Both the position numbers and the translations under genes were made by a program. Source: Methanobacteriota archaeon (GTDB lineage: Archaea > Thermoplasmatota > Thermoplasmata > SG8-5 > JAGLSY01). Taken from it: DNA of 64,000 nt. Positions 29,301 through 40,400 of the stretch are shown here, piece after piece. Positions within the stretch are counted from its first letter, which is position 1. Every line of letters begins with the position of its first letter. The notes beneath the pieces were generated by a model. That model had not been told where the DNA came from. It saw only the letters and a program-made list of their open reading frames with translations, and searched no databases. Location of the stretch: NCBI GenBank assembly GCA_020696385.1, contig JAEHCQ010000003.1, positions 151,624 through 215,623 of the forward strand, in the 5' to 3' direction.

Positions 29301-32129
29301 ATAGGCGATGCATACATCCTCCAGGCAACAGTACATAATCCTGGCGGCGACGATGCGAATTTCCTTGTGAGATTCATGGATGGCGACACCCAGGTAGGCG
29401 CAGATTCAATATCAATATCGGCCAATAGTAAGACAACGGCCGAGATAGTCTGGATACCATTATTCGCGGGTCAGAGGACCATCAGAGTGATGGTGGACCC
29501 GCTTTTAGAGGCGGATGAGATATTCGAAACACACAATAATGAGGCTATCAATGAGATCTACGTTTACTTCTTCTGGGATGATATGGAGAATGGAACATAC
29601 AGATGGAGCCACTCCAGCACGGTGATGCTCATAAACGGAGAAACTCCATTGGATTATTTCTCCGAGACCACATTGTACACGGATATCGCGACAGACTGGA
29701 ATAATACCGAGAGCAATAATATAACTAATTGCACGGATCCTGGCTTTTTCAACTCTTATAGCCAGTCTTACTGGATGCAGGAACCACAGGGTAATTTGAC
29801 AGCCGAGTCGGTGACCAGAGGAGCCATAGGGGCAGATAATATTCCGAAAGTCACAGAGACCAGGTACATGGACGATGATGACGTTACTGTCAATGGACTC
29901 GCAGCTAATGACCTTGCCACGTCTCAAAGTGCTGGGAATGAGAACATACAAACAGGTGGTGCTGGTACGTTCTATGTTGGTGCCAGGGTCTACGTACGGA
30001 CCATAGGAGGCGTTGAAACAGAAATAACCGGCGGTGTTACTGCAGTTGTTTCCAGAGTGATACCTGGTTCAAATAGTGCTGGAGGTCAATTATATTCCAA
30101 TACATGGACTTGCCCTCTTACCTTAATGGCAGCCACAGATTCAGTAGTGATTAAGATCTACCAAGAGATAGGTGACACCTCACCAGATGTCCTTTCGACC
30201 CAGTTCACTACAGAACAACTCGGGGCAACACAATTGGACAATGTCCAATGGACCTTTAATTATTATCTATATACTCGTAAACAGGGAGGTAGCACATATG
30301 GTCAGTTCATTTATGGAGATTCCACCTACGACTCCAGAATAGATAATTTCCAATATTCATCAGGAGGTGCTGCTAATAACGCACCAAATATGCCCACTTT
30401 CGTATCTCACGGTGGGGTCATTGACCCACTTGGACCAGATGTAGGAGACGACACACCGAGCCTAGATTGGGACTTCACAGATCCCGATGTTGGTGATATA
30501 CAAATCGTCTATCAGGTGATCGTCTACAGAGATTCTGATGATGCAGCTATCTGGGATAGTGGCTCTGTTGCCTCGGCTGCTTCAGTAGCAACCTGTGGTG
30601 TTGTTCTTACCAATGCAGAAACATATTACTGGACTGTAGTTGTGAGTGATGGTATGGATTGGAGCCCGGTGGGTGGTGGTAAGAATACATTTTACTTCAC
30701 TATCAATATAACAGTGAATCAACCACCAAATACACCATCAAACCCATCCCCTGCGGATGGCACTGGAGGAGTATCATCAACAGCCACAATTTCATGGACA
30801 TGTACAGATCCCGATGGTGATCCAATAACATATGATGTATATCTGGATACTTCCAATCCACCCACTACACTTATTGAAAATGATATCTCAGCCAGTAGTG
30901 CAACACCCACACTCCTGGAGGACACGATCTATTACTGGTATGTGGTGGCATATGATGACAGTTTACTGTCAGCAACCAGCCAGATATGGATCTTTGCCAC
31001 AGGCGGATCTGGTAGTGGAGGGGGAGGAGACTTCGGCCTCACACCAAATGGAACTGTTAATATCAATAAAACTGCAGTCACCGAAGGTGTGGATCTACGA
31101 AATACAGAATCTTCAACACTATCCTTCTGGCACAAGTACAATATGGTATCTGGAGTGAATGGCGGTGTGCTGATGGTGGGATACAAAGAATCAGCTGGTG
31201 GCAATTTCAAATACAGATACGTGATACCATCAAATGCCTACACAGGCAGTCTGAAGGTAGATGATATTGATAGAAAAGACGATATGGGAACCTGGATGAG
31301 ATGGGCATGGAATGGTGTCAGCACCCGAGGTACATTCGGCTGGGAAAAGGTCACCATGGATATCCTGCCATACGTTAATGAAACTGGAATTGCAGGTTAT
31401 GAACCATTATCCGATGTGAGAGTGAAATTCGCCTATTACCAGTATGGTAGTGGCAGTGGCTACGGGTGGTTCATAGATGATGTCAGAATTGAAGTATCCA
31501 GATCAGACTATACAGATATTGATTCTAATTCTGCCGATGTGTGGAATCGCACAGATGAGGACTCACACAGCGGAGATTGGGCATGGAGCAATTATGACAT
31601 AGATACCGGCTATATGAAAGCCGGAATTGATAATTCCCTGATGACATCCCCAATAGATCTTACCAATGCCAGATGGGCCGAGCTCAGTGCTTACTTCAAG
31701 TTCAATATCAACACCCAGGACGGAGCACCACCAGATGGATTCAGAGTGGAGGTGACCTCAGATAATGGAGTCACTTGGGAACCGCTGACGCTCAGTGTCA
31801 GATCCGCTTGGGGAGTTTCAGGAACTGGAACAGATCTGGATGATAATAATACTGATGGAAAATCATACACAGGAATCCCAGATTCCGGAGAAGGAGCTGC
31901 GGTCGCAGATGGTTATTGGGTCGAAGCAGGCACATTATCCCGTCTGAACATAGACCTCAGTCAGTATTCTGGTAATTCCGTACAGATAAGGTTCAGAGTT
32001 GTGACCACCCTGACCGTTCCTGCAACTGCATATAGTCATTATGCGCAGGATCTGGCCACAGTGGGCTTTGGTGGCTTCTGGGTAGATGATGTGATAATAC
32101 GTGGTGAGACCACTAATGTATACGGATAG
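26349..32129 (+). CDS. Giant type IV pilin-like adhesin (class III signal, CARDB/Ig repeats, FN3-like insert)
   Basis: DNRG/VSEVVGTILMLAITVVLFS; VDP.N.I.E.NE.NN CARDB motifs; ILLVDDD domains; TTG start after GGTGA. Confidence 0.85.
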   Translation: MNRRISRKLVWDNRGVSEVVGTILMLAITVVLFSSITLWVSNMPEPQSRVYVEIEGKIIPIDNNDWSQGAWINLTHVGGVDLDTFWTMLILEIDGARTTLRIGNSVNYLGEFWEPTEVWTYNIGIGVLTENSDVRITIIDEDVDTQVWEGQLMGESTWFEPIIMNVWIDSDMVSEFADPGPIQYAPTDFKIFAQIIDPEGDDPDHGLNITNVWINLTSIGRGYIQLEDDDFDNVFTNTSRGPESDSPVGYYEFMVNATDYDGKYVEKKFRFSVGGEVGQNPQIAVRKNTDTDKYIWTVPENPLHGDTVQLYAKITNLGGAGALVDVRFWDNTTGTNISTEQPLINFGDYIVSTTWLASPGGLHNITVNATVNETWSVNNGIYEIILNDNQNSTDVIVLPTILLVDDDAYMNDGSSADTSSFMRASLEASDFDYDFTVVSTGGDGPSYDAGDYRLEEYDIVIWMTGYEKTNTLKANDMNNITTFLDNGGSLWLIGEGIFEDAAVTDSFLTSIYATRADGIVTVGDEPVKGIADHNVTGYFSIKNLTLSERLIGQSTGYDISTWGAGENAFIENETIPITVLATNYSDDTKRIFTQSFEFSMIETTGDMAQLTYKVITWLGKIDIKFGRDLAVSEQFITPHTVFYQQPVTITGVIRNNGFANETSVNWSLTITNALGQEWSYKSTDPGDPDGSVSLGIGQSNSYTITREWTPTTIGAHIIIFEVDPDNQIIETNENNNVLSDLLESGEIDVQYIVLVVDDEGISGMNETGSVTSALNDTLGYDYDLIYGTEANKTLLTKYNAIIWVTGDAIDPLSSEEMGNITNYLNASGRLWLTGKDCVGDLIDTDLETDYLQLNTITIDEAMPSTLYGLDTDPIIDPNPITHGMKYESNGSQDCDSITPLANGTGILYQDMVAGTFNGISHDSGTYKTVTTTFALNSINSTEEKAEMVFMILHWFDKPDERTELRITNSDIKIMNSMGIMTHPQIGDAYILQATVHNPGGDDANFLVRFMDGDTQVGADSISISANSKTTAEIVWIPLFAGQRTIRVMVDPLLEADEIFETHNNEAINEIYVYFFWDDMENGTYRWSHSSTVMLINGETPLDYFSETTLYTDIATDWNNTESNNITNCTDPGFFNSYSQSYWMQEPQGNLTAESVTRGAIGADNIPKVTETRYMDDDDVTVNGLAANDLATSQSAGNENIQTGGAGTFYVGARVYVRTIGGVETEITGGVTAVVSRVIPGSNSAGGQLYSNTWTCPLTLMAATDSVVIKIYQEIGDTSPDVLSTQFTTEQLGATQLDNVQWTFNYYLYTRKQGGSTYGQFIYGDSTYDSRIDNFQYSSGGAANNAPNMPTFVSHGGVIDPLGPDVGDDTPSLDWDFTDPDVGDIQIVYQVIVYRDSDDAAIWDSGSVASAASVATCGVVLTNAETYYWTVVVSDGMDWSPVGGGKNTFYFTINITVNQPPNTPSNPSPADGTGGVSSTATISWTCTDPDGDPITYDVYLDTSNPPTTLIENDISASSATPTLLEDTIYYWYVVAYDDSLLSATSQIWIFATGGSGSGGGGDFGLTPNGTVNINKTAVTEGVDLRNTESSTLSFWHKYNMVSGVNGGVLMVGYKESAGGNFKYRYVIPSNAYTGSLKVDDIDRKDDMGTWMRWAWNGVSTRGTFGWEKVTMDILPYVNETGIAGYEPLSDVRVKFAYYQYGSGSGYGWFIDDVRIEVSRSDYTDIDSNSADVWNRTDEDSHSGDWAWSNYDIDTGYMKAGIDNSLMTSPIDLTNARWAELSAYFKFNINTQDGAPPDGFRVEVTSDNGVTWEPLTLSVRSAWGVSGTGTDLDDNNTDGKSYTGIPDSGEGAAVADGYWVEAGTLSRLNIDLSQYSGNSVQIRFRVVTTLTVPATAYSHYAQDLATVGFGGFWVDDVIIRGETTNVYG

Positions 32130-32142
32130 GAGGTATGATATA

Positions 32143-35100
32143 ATGGATTTCGAAAAAAGAATGAAAAGGAGGATCGTCTGGGACAAAAGAGGTGTGTCAG
32201 AGGTCATCGGAACTATTCTTACGATGACCATTACTGTCGTTCTCTTCTCCAGTATCATCCTGATGGTGGGGAGATTTCCCGCACCTGGAAGCAATGCCTT
32301 TGTCACCTTCACAGGGGTTGTGGACCCACAGAATGACTGGGCAGACGGAGCGTATATAAACCTCACAAATGCTGGCGGGATCGCCATGCCAGCAGGCTAT
32401 ACCCAGATATACATGAAGATAGACAATGTGAATTACAATCTCAGGACAAGAGGGGTGTATAATGGTTCATTATATGGACAGATGGGCTCCAATGAGAACT
32501 GGGAAGCTGGTGATGTGTGGTCCTTCAAAGTGGATGCCAGTAATATCACGGCTCAATCATCAGTGAATATAGCTATCATTGATGTGAACAAGGACACTGT
32601 TGTCTGGACCCATGAACTTTTCAGTGGAAGTCAGTCTCTTTCCCCGGTAATGATAGAGGGATGGGTGGATTCAGATACAAGCACACCAAGACAAGACCCA
32701 ATAAGGTTCAATCATCCTTTCACCTTCTATGCCAAGATAATAGACCCAAATGATGATCTGGATCCTACCTCGGTCTATGTAGATATGTCAGATATCGGCC
32801 TTGGCTCACAGATAATAATGGGGGATGATGATTCTGATGGAATATACATAAATGTCAGCACCATGGGAGGCAATAGGGCTGTTGGATACTACAAGTTCTT
32901 CGTCCATGCTACTGATATGTCAGGAAATAAAATTTCCAGCACGATCGTAGTCCCAGTAGGTCAGGATATCGGTAATGTCGTGAACCTGGCTATTCTGAAT
33001 GAAACAATAAAGTTCAGCATTGACAATCCAAAACACGGAGATATTATCACCATCTCCGCAGTGGTAAGGAATACCGGATTGGATTATTCCTGGGTTGACG
33101 TGTACTTCTACGATGGGGATAGATCAACCGACCCCATCGGACAGGACGATATACTGATATCCGGTGTGGATTCTCAGACCACGTTCATCAACTGGCGAGC
33201 TGCCCCTGGCGGTATTCATAATATATCAGTTGAGGCCGTTGTAAGAGCTCCAAAGGAGGATTTCAATCCATCAAACAATTACAATTGGACCAAGTTGTCA
33301 GTTCTACCAACCATTCTGCTTGTGGATGATGATAATCAGGACAATGACAGATCGGATACAGATACGGTCAGTTTCATGCGCTCTGCCCTTGAATCCTGTT
33401 CATTCCAATACGATTATCTAAGGGTGGGATTGAATCAAAATGGCCCAGGGTATAATTATGGAAGTTACAGATTACAGGATTATGATATCGTAATATGGAT
33501 GCTGGGTTACCAGAAGACCAGTACCTTCACCTTCAATGATCAGGATAATCTACAAAGATATCTCACAGATACATCTGGTAACAGGAACAATACAGGAAGC
33601 CTATGGGTGATAGGTAATAATTGGCTTGAGGACGTCAATCTTGACCCTCCAGCTTCCAACTTCACAAGTGATTATCTCCACATTGCCTCTGATTCCGTTA
33701 TCGCCACACCAGGTAATACGATAGAAGGTCTGGATTCACATATAGTATCCAATGAATGGTCGGCCACTGGAGCCAGTGGAGCTTTTGATATTATAAACAG
33801 AGAAGGTGGGGATGACACATTCTACAATATAACCAGGGCTCCTGCCGCGAATGGAAACGTAGAGGACATGCTGATCATGGGCAATGATACAACAGTGGTT
33901 GCTATAAACTACGAGAACACCACCCTTGATGAGAGGATCGTGGTCTTCCCATGGGAATTCTCCAGAATAGATGATCCATCTGTACAGACTCAAATGGCCT
34001 TCAAGGTCATCAGATGGTTGGGCGGAATAGATGAGACACTTGGCCAGGATCTGGCAATATCCAGCCAGACCATATCAGACTCCTTCATATTCTATCAGCA
34101 GAATGTCACGATAAGCGCCATGATACGTAATAATGGAGAGGGCGATCTGACCAATGTCAAGGCCATGATGTACATCGATGGGGATGAAATACCACAGAGC
34201 GATCGCACTATATCGTTCATTGCTGGCAATGGCGGTACTGTAAAGGTATCATACAATTGGCAAGCAAACCTTGTGGGAACCCATATCATCAAATGGAGAG
34301 TGGATCCGAACAATATTATTAAGGAGACCAATGAGAACAATAATGAGGTCTCGGACTACCTGAGCACGGGCGAACTTATCGTGGAGTTCAGGATATTGAT
34401 AATCGATGATGATGATAGTTTCAACAATGGAGGATCTGAATTCGATGAGACCTCTGTCATAAAACAAGCCATGGATGATCTGGGATACATATACGAGAAT
34501 CATACTGTAAATGCCACACTGAATGTTAATGGCCCAGATAAAGAGGTATTGGATGATTACAGCGCGGTCATTTGGGTCACTGGCAATGCCATCATGAACA
34601 CACTGACATCTATTGACGAGGAAAATATCAAGGACTACATGAAGAACCATAATGGTAGGTTCTGGCTTGTAGGAGCCAATTGTATCGGTGATAATGTGAC
34701 CTCGGGATTCGAGGACACGATCTTCGGAATACAGGACATAGAGGATGATGAAGCACTTCCCTCAATACTAGATGGAGTGCTGGATGACCCAATCACCCAC
34801 GGCATGGAGCTTCAAATAACAGATAGTGGGAATGCGGATACATTAACGCCCATGACGGGAGCATATGGCATTCTGGATAACGATGGTGATGATGAATATT
34901 ACGGAGTAAGATACTTCTCCAATTCATCCTCCTCATATAGTGTTGTTATGACGATGTCCTTGATGGACATAGATGGTAATGCATCTGGATACATTGAAGA
35001 CAATGATGCCAGAACAGAGCTTGTGTACATGATATTCCACTGGTTCGAAAAACCAGACCAGAGAACGGAACTGAGGATCACCAACACAGACCTCACTGTA

Positions 35101-37479
35101 TCGAATGAACATCCAATATTGGGAGACGCATACATCATTCAAGCCACTGTACACAATGCAGGTAATACAGAAGGTAATGCATTAGTTAGATTCATGGATG
35201 GGAGTACCCAGATAGGTTCTGATTCCATCAGTATAAGCCCGGATGATACAACGACAGCCGAGGTTATTTGGAGACCGCTCTTCGCAGGCAACAGGAACCT
35301 GACCATCATGGTCGATCCGATCTCTGAAGTGGATGAGGTATTCGAGTGGTTCAATAACAATATCACCTTGCCTATCTATGTTTACTTCTTCTGGGATGAT
35401 ATGGAATCCAGATCTGAAACTCTGAGCAAATGGGACCATTATTCCACGGTCGTCAATATCAATGGAGAGAATCCAATAGACTTCTTCACCACGACCACGA
35501 CCATGGAAACAGATGTGATCTACAATTGGTCAGATGCAGAATCCTATGGTGTGGATGTAGTTACAGATGAGTTCCACACCTATGATACCTCCTTCTTCAT
35601 GGAAGAACCCATGGGGCCTTTTGGAGAGCCTTCTGATCTTTTAATAGCAATTATACTAGATAATTCACCTTCAATGACAGACAGGTCTTTCGGTAATAGG
35701 ACATACCTTGAGATCGCCCAGGATGCTGCAGCAGGAATGGTTAATGGATTCAGCGATGAATCAGCAGTCGGAGTCTATGATTTCAAGGGTGCGAATGAGA
35801 ATATCCTTATTGGCATAACTTCACTCGCAGGTACTGGAAGGCAGACGGTCATAGATGCTATCTACGATAATCTGGATCAGGGTAATACGAACACTGCGAT
35901 ATGGGACACAATAGGCATGGGCTATGATGCTGTGAATGCCGCAAAGGCACTATATCCAGATAATTACGCAGCAGTTGTTTCACTCGGTGATGGGGCGGAT
36001 TACCAGGCCGCAGACAGTTCGGCTTACAAATTGCAAAGCATAGAATCTGGAAGTGATGAATGGGCCCCATGGGGAGACATGCTCCCTCAATTGGGTTATC
36101 CTGAACAAAACTACCCCGATCATGAGGGAAAATATTGGTTCTTTGAGGATACACTCCCAGGCATATGGGAGACTGCTGGTAGTGGAGCCTACAAACCAGA
36201 TAGAAAGGGATTGCTAAATTCAGACATACCTATCTACACCGTGGGTCTCGCTTTAGAGCACTATAATACACCTTATGAGTCAGAGATACCTGCATACCCT
36301 GGTGACGGAACACAGGATACAAGCACTCACGTCATAAATACAGAGTCTGGAACAGTAGAATACAATTTCTGGAGAATAGCCAACACTTCCAATGCAGAGT
36401 ACTTCTATTCAGAGGATGGCTCGGATCTCGAAGATATATTCACAACCATCGGCCAGATAATCGGAGCCAAGGGTTTCAATCAGACCAGAGCAGTGGATGA
36501 TCCAAATGTGGATAAGCGAGCGGTGACCGAGACCTTTAATCTAACAGGTGTCGAGAGCGCGAAGCTCAGCTTCTGGCATAAATACAATCTTATCCAGGGA
36601 GGAAATGGAGCCTTCCTGCAGGTCGCATACAAGGATGACGCTATCGACGGAAATGGTGATGGTGATCCGGCCAATGATTGGGATTACAAGTACGTGGTCC
36701 CACCAGGACAGTATTCTGGCGGATTGTATTACAATTACAATGTATCCGATGATTTCAGTACCACGATCAAATGGTGCTGGAATGGCCTGAGCGGAGGTGG
36801 TGCATTCACATGGGATTATGTCAATCTGGACATATCGGATTATATTCCCGAAGGTTACAGGGATGAGGTTCGAGTGGTGTTCAATTACACCCAGTTCGGC
36901 GGAGGTATGGGTGATGGATGGTGGATAGATGATGTCCAGCTGAAGGTATCCAGATATGATGATATATCTCCAACCACACACAAGGATGTGTGGGATCTCG
37001 TAAACATGACAGATCTGGGAATGAGCGCCAACAGTGGTGATCATTGCTGGGCCAACTTCGATCCATATGATAGTAATTCCACGAAAGGTGGTATAGACAA
37101 TTCACTTCAGACAATGCCAATCGACCTGACCGGTGCCAGGAATGCTTATCTTTCCGCCTATATCAAGTTCAATCTCAATACAGATGATGGTTCACCACCG
37201 GATGGCTTCAGGGTGGAGGTCTCCACCAATGGAGGCATGACCTGGAATGCCATTAATAATGGAGCGAGAACGGTCAGTGGTACGATGGATTGGATGCAGA
37301 TCGGCGATCTTACCGAGATAAACGTGGATCTGACCAATTACCGTGGCCACCAGATAGTGATAAGGTTCAGAGTGACCACAACCTCCGATATCACATATGA
37401 TCATTATGATGATATCAATGCAGATGGAGGATTCTTCGTGGATGATGTCCAGATCAAGGGTGAATCCATCCACGGGTGA
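32143..37479 (+). CDS. Giant type IV pilin-like adhesin paralogue with a vWA (MIDAS) insert
   Basis: DKRG/VSEVIGTIL; same scaffold as the upstream gene; ILDNSPSM...NT...SLGDG MIDAS motif; GGAGG RBS. Confidence 0.85.
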   Translation: MDFEKRMKRRIVWDKRGVSEVIGTILTMTITVVLFSSIILMVGRFPAPGSNAFVTFTGVVDPQNDWADGAYINLTNAGGIAMPAGYTQIYMKIDNVNYNLRTRGVYNGSLYGQMGSNENWEAGDVWSFKVDASNITAQSSVNIAIIDVNKDTVVWTHELFSGSQSLSPVMIEGWVDSDTSTPRQDPIRFNHPFTFYAKIIDPNDDLDPTSVYVDMSDIGLGSQIIMGDDDSDGIYINVSTMGGNRAVGYYKFFVHATDMSGNKISSTIVVPVGQDIGNVVNLAILNETIKFSIDNPKHGDIITISAVVRNTGLDYSWVDVYFYDGDRSTDPIGQDDILISGVDSQTTFINWRAAPGGIHNISVEAVVRAPKEDFNPSNNYNWTKLSVLPTILLVDDDNQDNDRSDTDTVSFMRSALESCSFQYDYLRVGLNQNGPGYNYGSYRLQDYDIVIWMLGYQKTSTFTFNDQDNLQRYLTDTSGNRNNTGSLWVIGNNWLEDVNLDPPASNFTSDYLHIASDSVIATPGNTIEGLDSHIVSNEWSATGASGAFDIINREGGDDTFYNITRAPAANGNVEDMLIMGNDTTVVAINYENTTLDERIVVFPWEFSRIDDPSVQTQMAFKVIRWLGGIDETLGQDLAISSQTISDSFIFYQQNVTISAMIRNNGEGDLTNVKAMMYIDGDEIPQSDRTISFIAGNGGTVKVSYNWQANLVGTHIIKWRVDPNNIIKETNENNNEVSDYLSTGELIVEFRILIIDDDDSFNNGGSEFDETSVIKQAMDDLGYIYENHTVNATLNVNGPDKEVLDDYSAVIWVTGNAIMNTLTSIDEENIKDYMKNHNGRFWLVGANCIGDNVTSGFEDTIFGIQDIEDDEALPSILDGVLDDPITHGMELQITDSGNADTLTPMTGAYGILDNDGDDEYYGVRYFSNSSSSYSVVMTMSLMDIDGNASGYIEDNDARTELVYMIFHWFEKPDQRTELRITNTDLTVSNEHPILGDAYIIQATVHNAGNTEGNALVRFMDGSTQIGSDSISISPDDTTTAEVIWRPLFAGNRNLTIMVDPISEVDEVFEWFNNNITLPIYVYFFWDDMESRSETLSKWDHYSTVVNINGENPIDFFTTTTTMETDVIYNWSDAESYGVDVVTDEFHTYDTSFFMEEPMGPFGEPSDLLIAIILDNSPSMTDRSFGNRTYLEIAQDAAAGMVNGFSDESAVGVYDFKGANENILIGITSLAGTGRQTVIDAIYDNLDQGNTNTAIWDTIGMGYDAVNAAKALYPDNYAAVVSLGDGADYQAADSSAYKLQSIESGSDEWAPWGDMLPQLGYPEQNYPDHEGKYWFFEDTLPGIWETAGSGAYKPDRKGLLNSDIPIYTVGLALEHYNTPYESEIPAYPGDGTQDTSTHVINTESGTVEYNFWRIANTSNAEYFYSEDGSDLEDIFTTIGQIIGAKGFNQTRAVDDPNVDKRAVTETFNLTGVESAKLSFWHKYNLIQGGNGAFLQVAYKDDAIDGNGDGDPANDWDYKYVVPPGQYSGGLYYNYNVSDDFSTTIKWCWNGLSGGGAFTWDYVNLDISDYIPEGYRDEVRVVFNYTQFGGGMGDGWWIDDVQLKVSRYDDISPTTHKDVWDLVNMTDLGMSANSGDHCWANFDPYDSNSTKGGIDNSLQTMPIDLTGARNAYLSAYIKFNLNTDDGSPPDGFRVEVSTNGGMTWNAINNGARTVSGTMDWMQIGDLTEINVDLTNYRGHQIVIRFRVTTTSDITYDHYDDINADGGFFVDDVQIKGESIHG

Positions 37480-37494
37480 TAGGTTGGAAATGGA

Positions 37495-40400
37495 ATGAAA
37501 AGTAACTACCATGCCCAAATAGTGATAGCATTATTACTGCTCTCCAGCCTTGGGTTTGTTCCTGTCAGTGGCACATATCAGTCAGATATTGAAGTGATGG
37601 ATATCGGGACAAGAAGTGTCAGCTATCTTTCCTATCATGGTTACGATGCAACAATGAGTATTCTCAATGACATGGTCAGAGAAAATCCGAATATAGCAAG
37701 CCTGCACGACCTGGGGGATACTTCCCAGGGCAGGGACATCATGGCCGTCAAGGTCTCGGATGATGTGGGAACCGATGATGATACCGAGCCAGATATTCTT
37801 TACATGGGTGCTCATCATGGTAATGAGCCCATTTCCGCCGAGGTCCCTCTGTACATACTGGACTATCTGCTTTCCAATTATGAGAGCAATGGCACCATCA
37901 GAAGATGGATCGACACAACCGAGATCTGGTTCATCCCAATGGTAAACCCGGATGGAATAGAAGCTGGCACCAGGAAGAATGCCAATGGCACAGGTGTTGA
38001 TCTGAACAGGAATTATGATCAAAACTGGGGCACGGAGGGGACAAGCAATGATCCAGATAGCAATGTTTACTGCGGCGAGTACCCGTTCTCCGAGCCCGAG
38101 ACAAAGGCAATACGTGAACTGGCACTTGATAGACAGTTCACTCTTTCCATGTCATTCCACAGTTATGGAGAGGTCATTTACTATCCATGGGGCAATTCGA
38201 TAGATACTGTATCTCCGCAAAAAGACCTGCTGGAGAATATCGGTTCAGAGATAGGTGAAAGGAATGGATACATGCCCACGGAGGCAAATATGGATGGGAC
38301 CTATATCACATCCGGAGATAGTGATGACTGGCTGTATTCCATAGGCACATTGCCCTTCACCGTCGAGCTTTCGACAGTGTACGCACCACCAGAACATGAG
38401 ATACAGGACATCTGTGAAAAAAATCTTGAATCTTCCCTGTATCTGTTGGATATCGCGAATGAGCCAGAAGCATCCATGGAGGATGACTGGACCTTCATGG
38501 TCTACATGGCAGGAGACAATTCACTGAGCTCCGAAGCCCTAAAAGACCTCAATGAGATGGAGGTCGGGGGCTCGACCCAGGATGTCAATATAATTACATT
38601 ATTCGATGGTGCCACCGTAGGAGATTCAAAGATATTTCAGGTCACCAAAGACCCAAACGGCTACAATGCCGCCATAACCAGCCAGGTGATTGACGACCTG
38701 GGGGCTGTCATAAGTCCAGCCACCAATGAGGTGAATATGAGCTCTCACCTCGTTCTCGAGGACTTTATCGACTGGACAATGGACAATTATCCAGCCCGGA
38801 ACAATGCTTTGATCATCTGGGATCATGGAGATGGATTGTTCGGTGGGTTGGCCAGGGATGGAACTTATTGGATGCCTACATGGGATATGAGGCAGACACT
38901 TATCGGGCATCATTTCGACATCATAGGCATGGATCTATGCTGGCATGGGAACCTGGAGACCGCTTATGAACTGGTTGGTCTCGCCGACATTTTTATCGGA
39001 TCCATAGCGGAGGAACCATCTGAAGGCTGGGATTATTCAGCGATCAGTGAATTCCTGGCTACTAATCCCAATTCAGATGCGATAGTGTTTGCCAGTGAGA
39101 TAATTGATAGTTACCAGGAATCGACCATCGGGATACCCTGGGCGACCCTGTCCGCAATTGACCTATATCTGTTGGAAGAGGACGTGATGCCACATCTGGA
39201 CGCCCTCTCAATAAGATTACGAGACCTGATGTACAATGAACAATCCAGCATCAGGGGGGCGAGATCCCTTTGCTCGGTCTTTGATGTGAATAGACAGCAT
39301 TTCGTGGATCTTGGAGAATTCCTGGATAATCTACTGGCCGCTGATACATCTACAGCATTGGAGGAATATGCCATATCTTCAAGGATCTTTCTGGAAAGAG
39401 CTGTCATAAACAGCTGTTCGGGCATCGCTTACCCTAACATAGCGGGCATGGGCATCTACCTGCCAGAGCAGATATATGATAATCGTTACAGCACGATGTT
39501 CCAATTCTCGAATTCAAATTGGGTGGATTTCCTCCCGGTCTTCAGAGCCCCCCTCCAGACACCGGTGATCGAACATGACATTGAAGTGGATGTTATGGGA
39601 TCATCTGGCTCGATAGATTTCAATGTGACAGTGATAGATGATAACCTGGATACGGATGAATTATTCATCAATTATCGTCTTGGAAGCGGGAGCTGGGAGA
39701 AAGAAGATCTGGTAGGATCTGGAAGCTCCTATTATGCGAGTATTTCCAGCTTGGGAGTCTATGAGGTCGAATATTATTTCTCGGCCACGGACTTGACTGG
39801 CAATACCATCACATATCCCTATGGCATTAATCTGGGAAATACAGAATATCTATCATACGAGATGGCAGATAGACCCGCACTGGCCATCAATTCCATTGAG
39901 CATTCCCCCATAGATGATACACTTCCTGGAGACAATTTCACTATAAGGATCCAGATAGAGAATCAGGGCAATGTGTATTTTGGTGGTGTCCGTGTGATCC
40001 TTTACCAGATGGAGGGAAATGGCAACATGACATTCATTGATGACCATACCCAGTCAATGCCAGCAGGGGAAATGGCCAATGCCACGTTCAACTGGGTTGC
40101 AGAAGCCGGGAACCATACCCTATTGATGGAATTGACATACAATGGAGAAAGCCTCGATAATATCACTATCGAGGCACAAATAGCTGATTCAGATAGTGGC
40201 CAGTTCATCACAGAAGAGGAGCTTGAGGACGAACTGAACAGCCTCTGGCTCGGAGTAATTGTGATGGTCGCTGGAGCCACATTGGTCTCCATGGGAGCCC
40301 TGATAATGGGCAAGCGTAACATAAAGAGGAAGAAGAAAGCACTGGCCTTCAAGGCGGTGGACAATGCCACGTATTATGTTAACAGCTTCGCGGATTTCGG

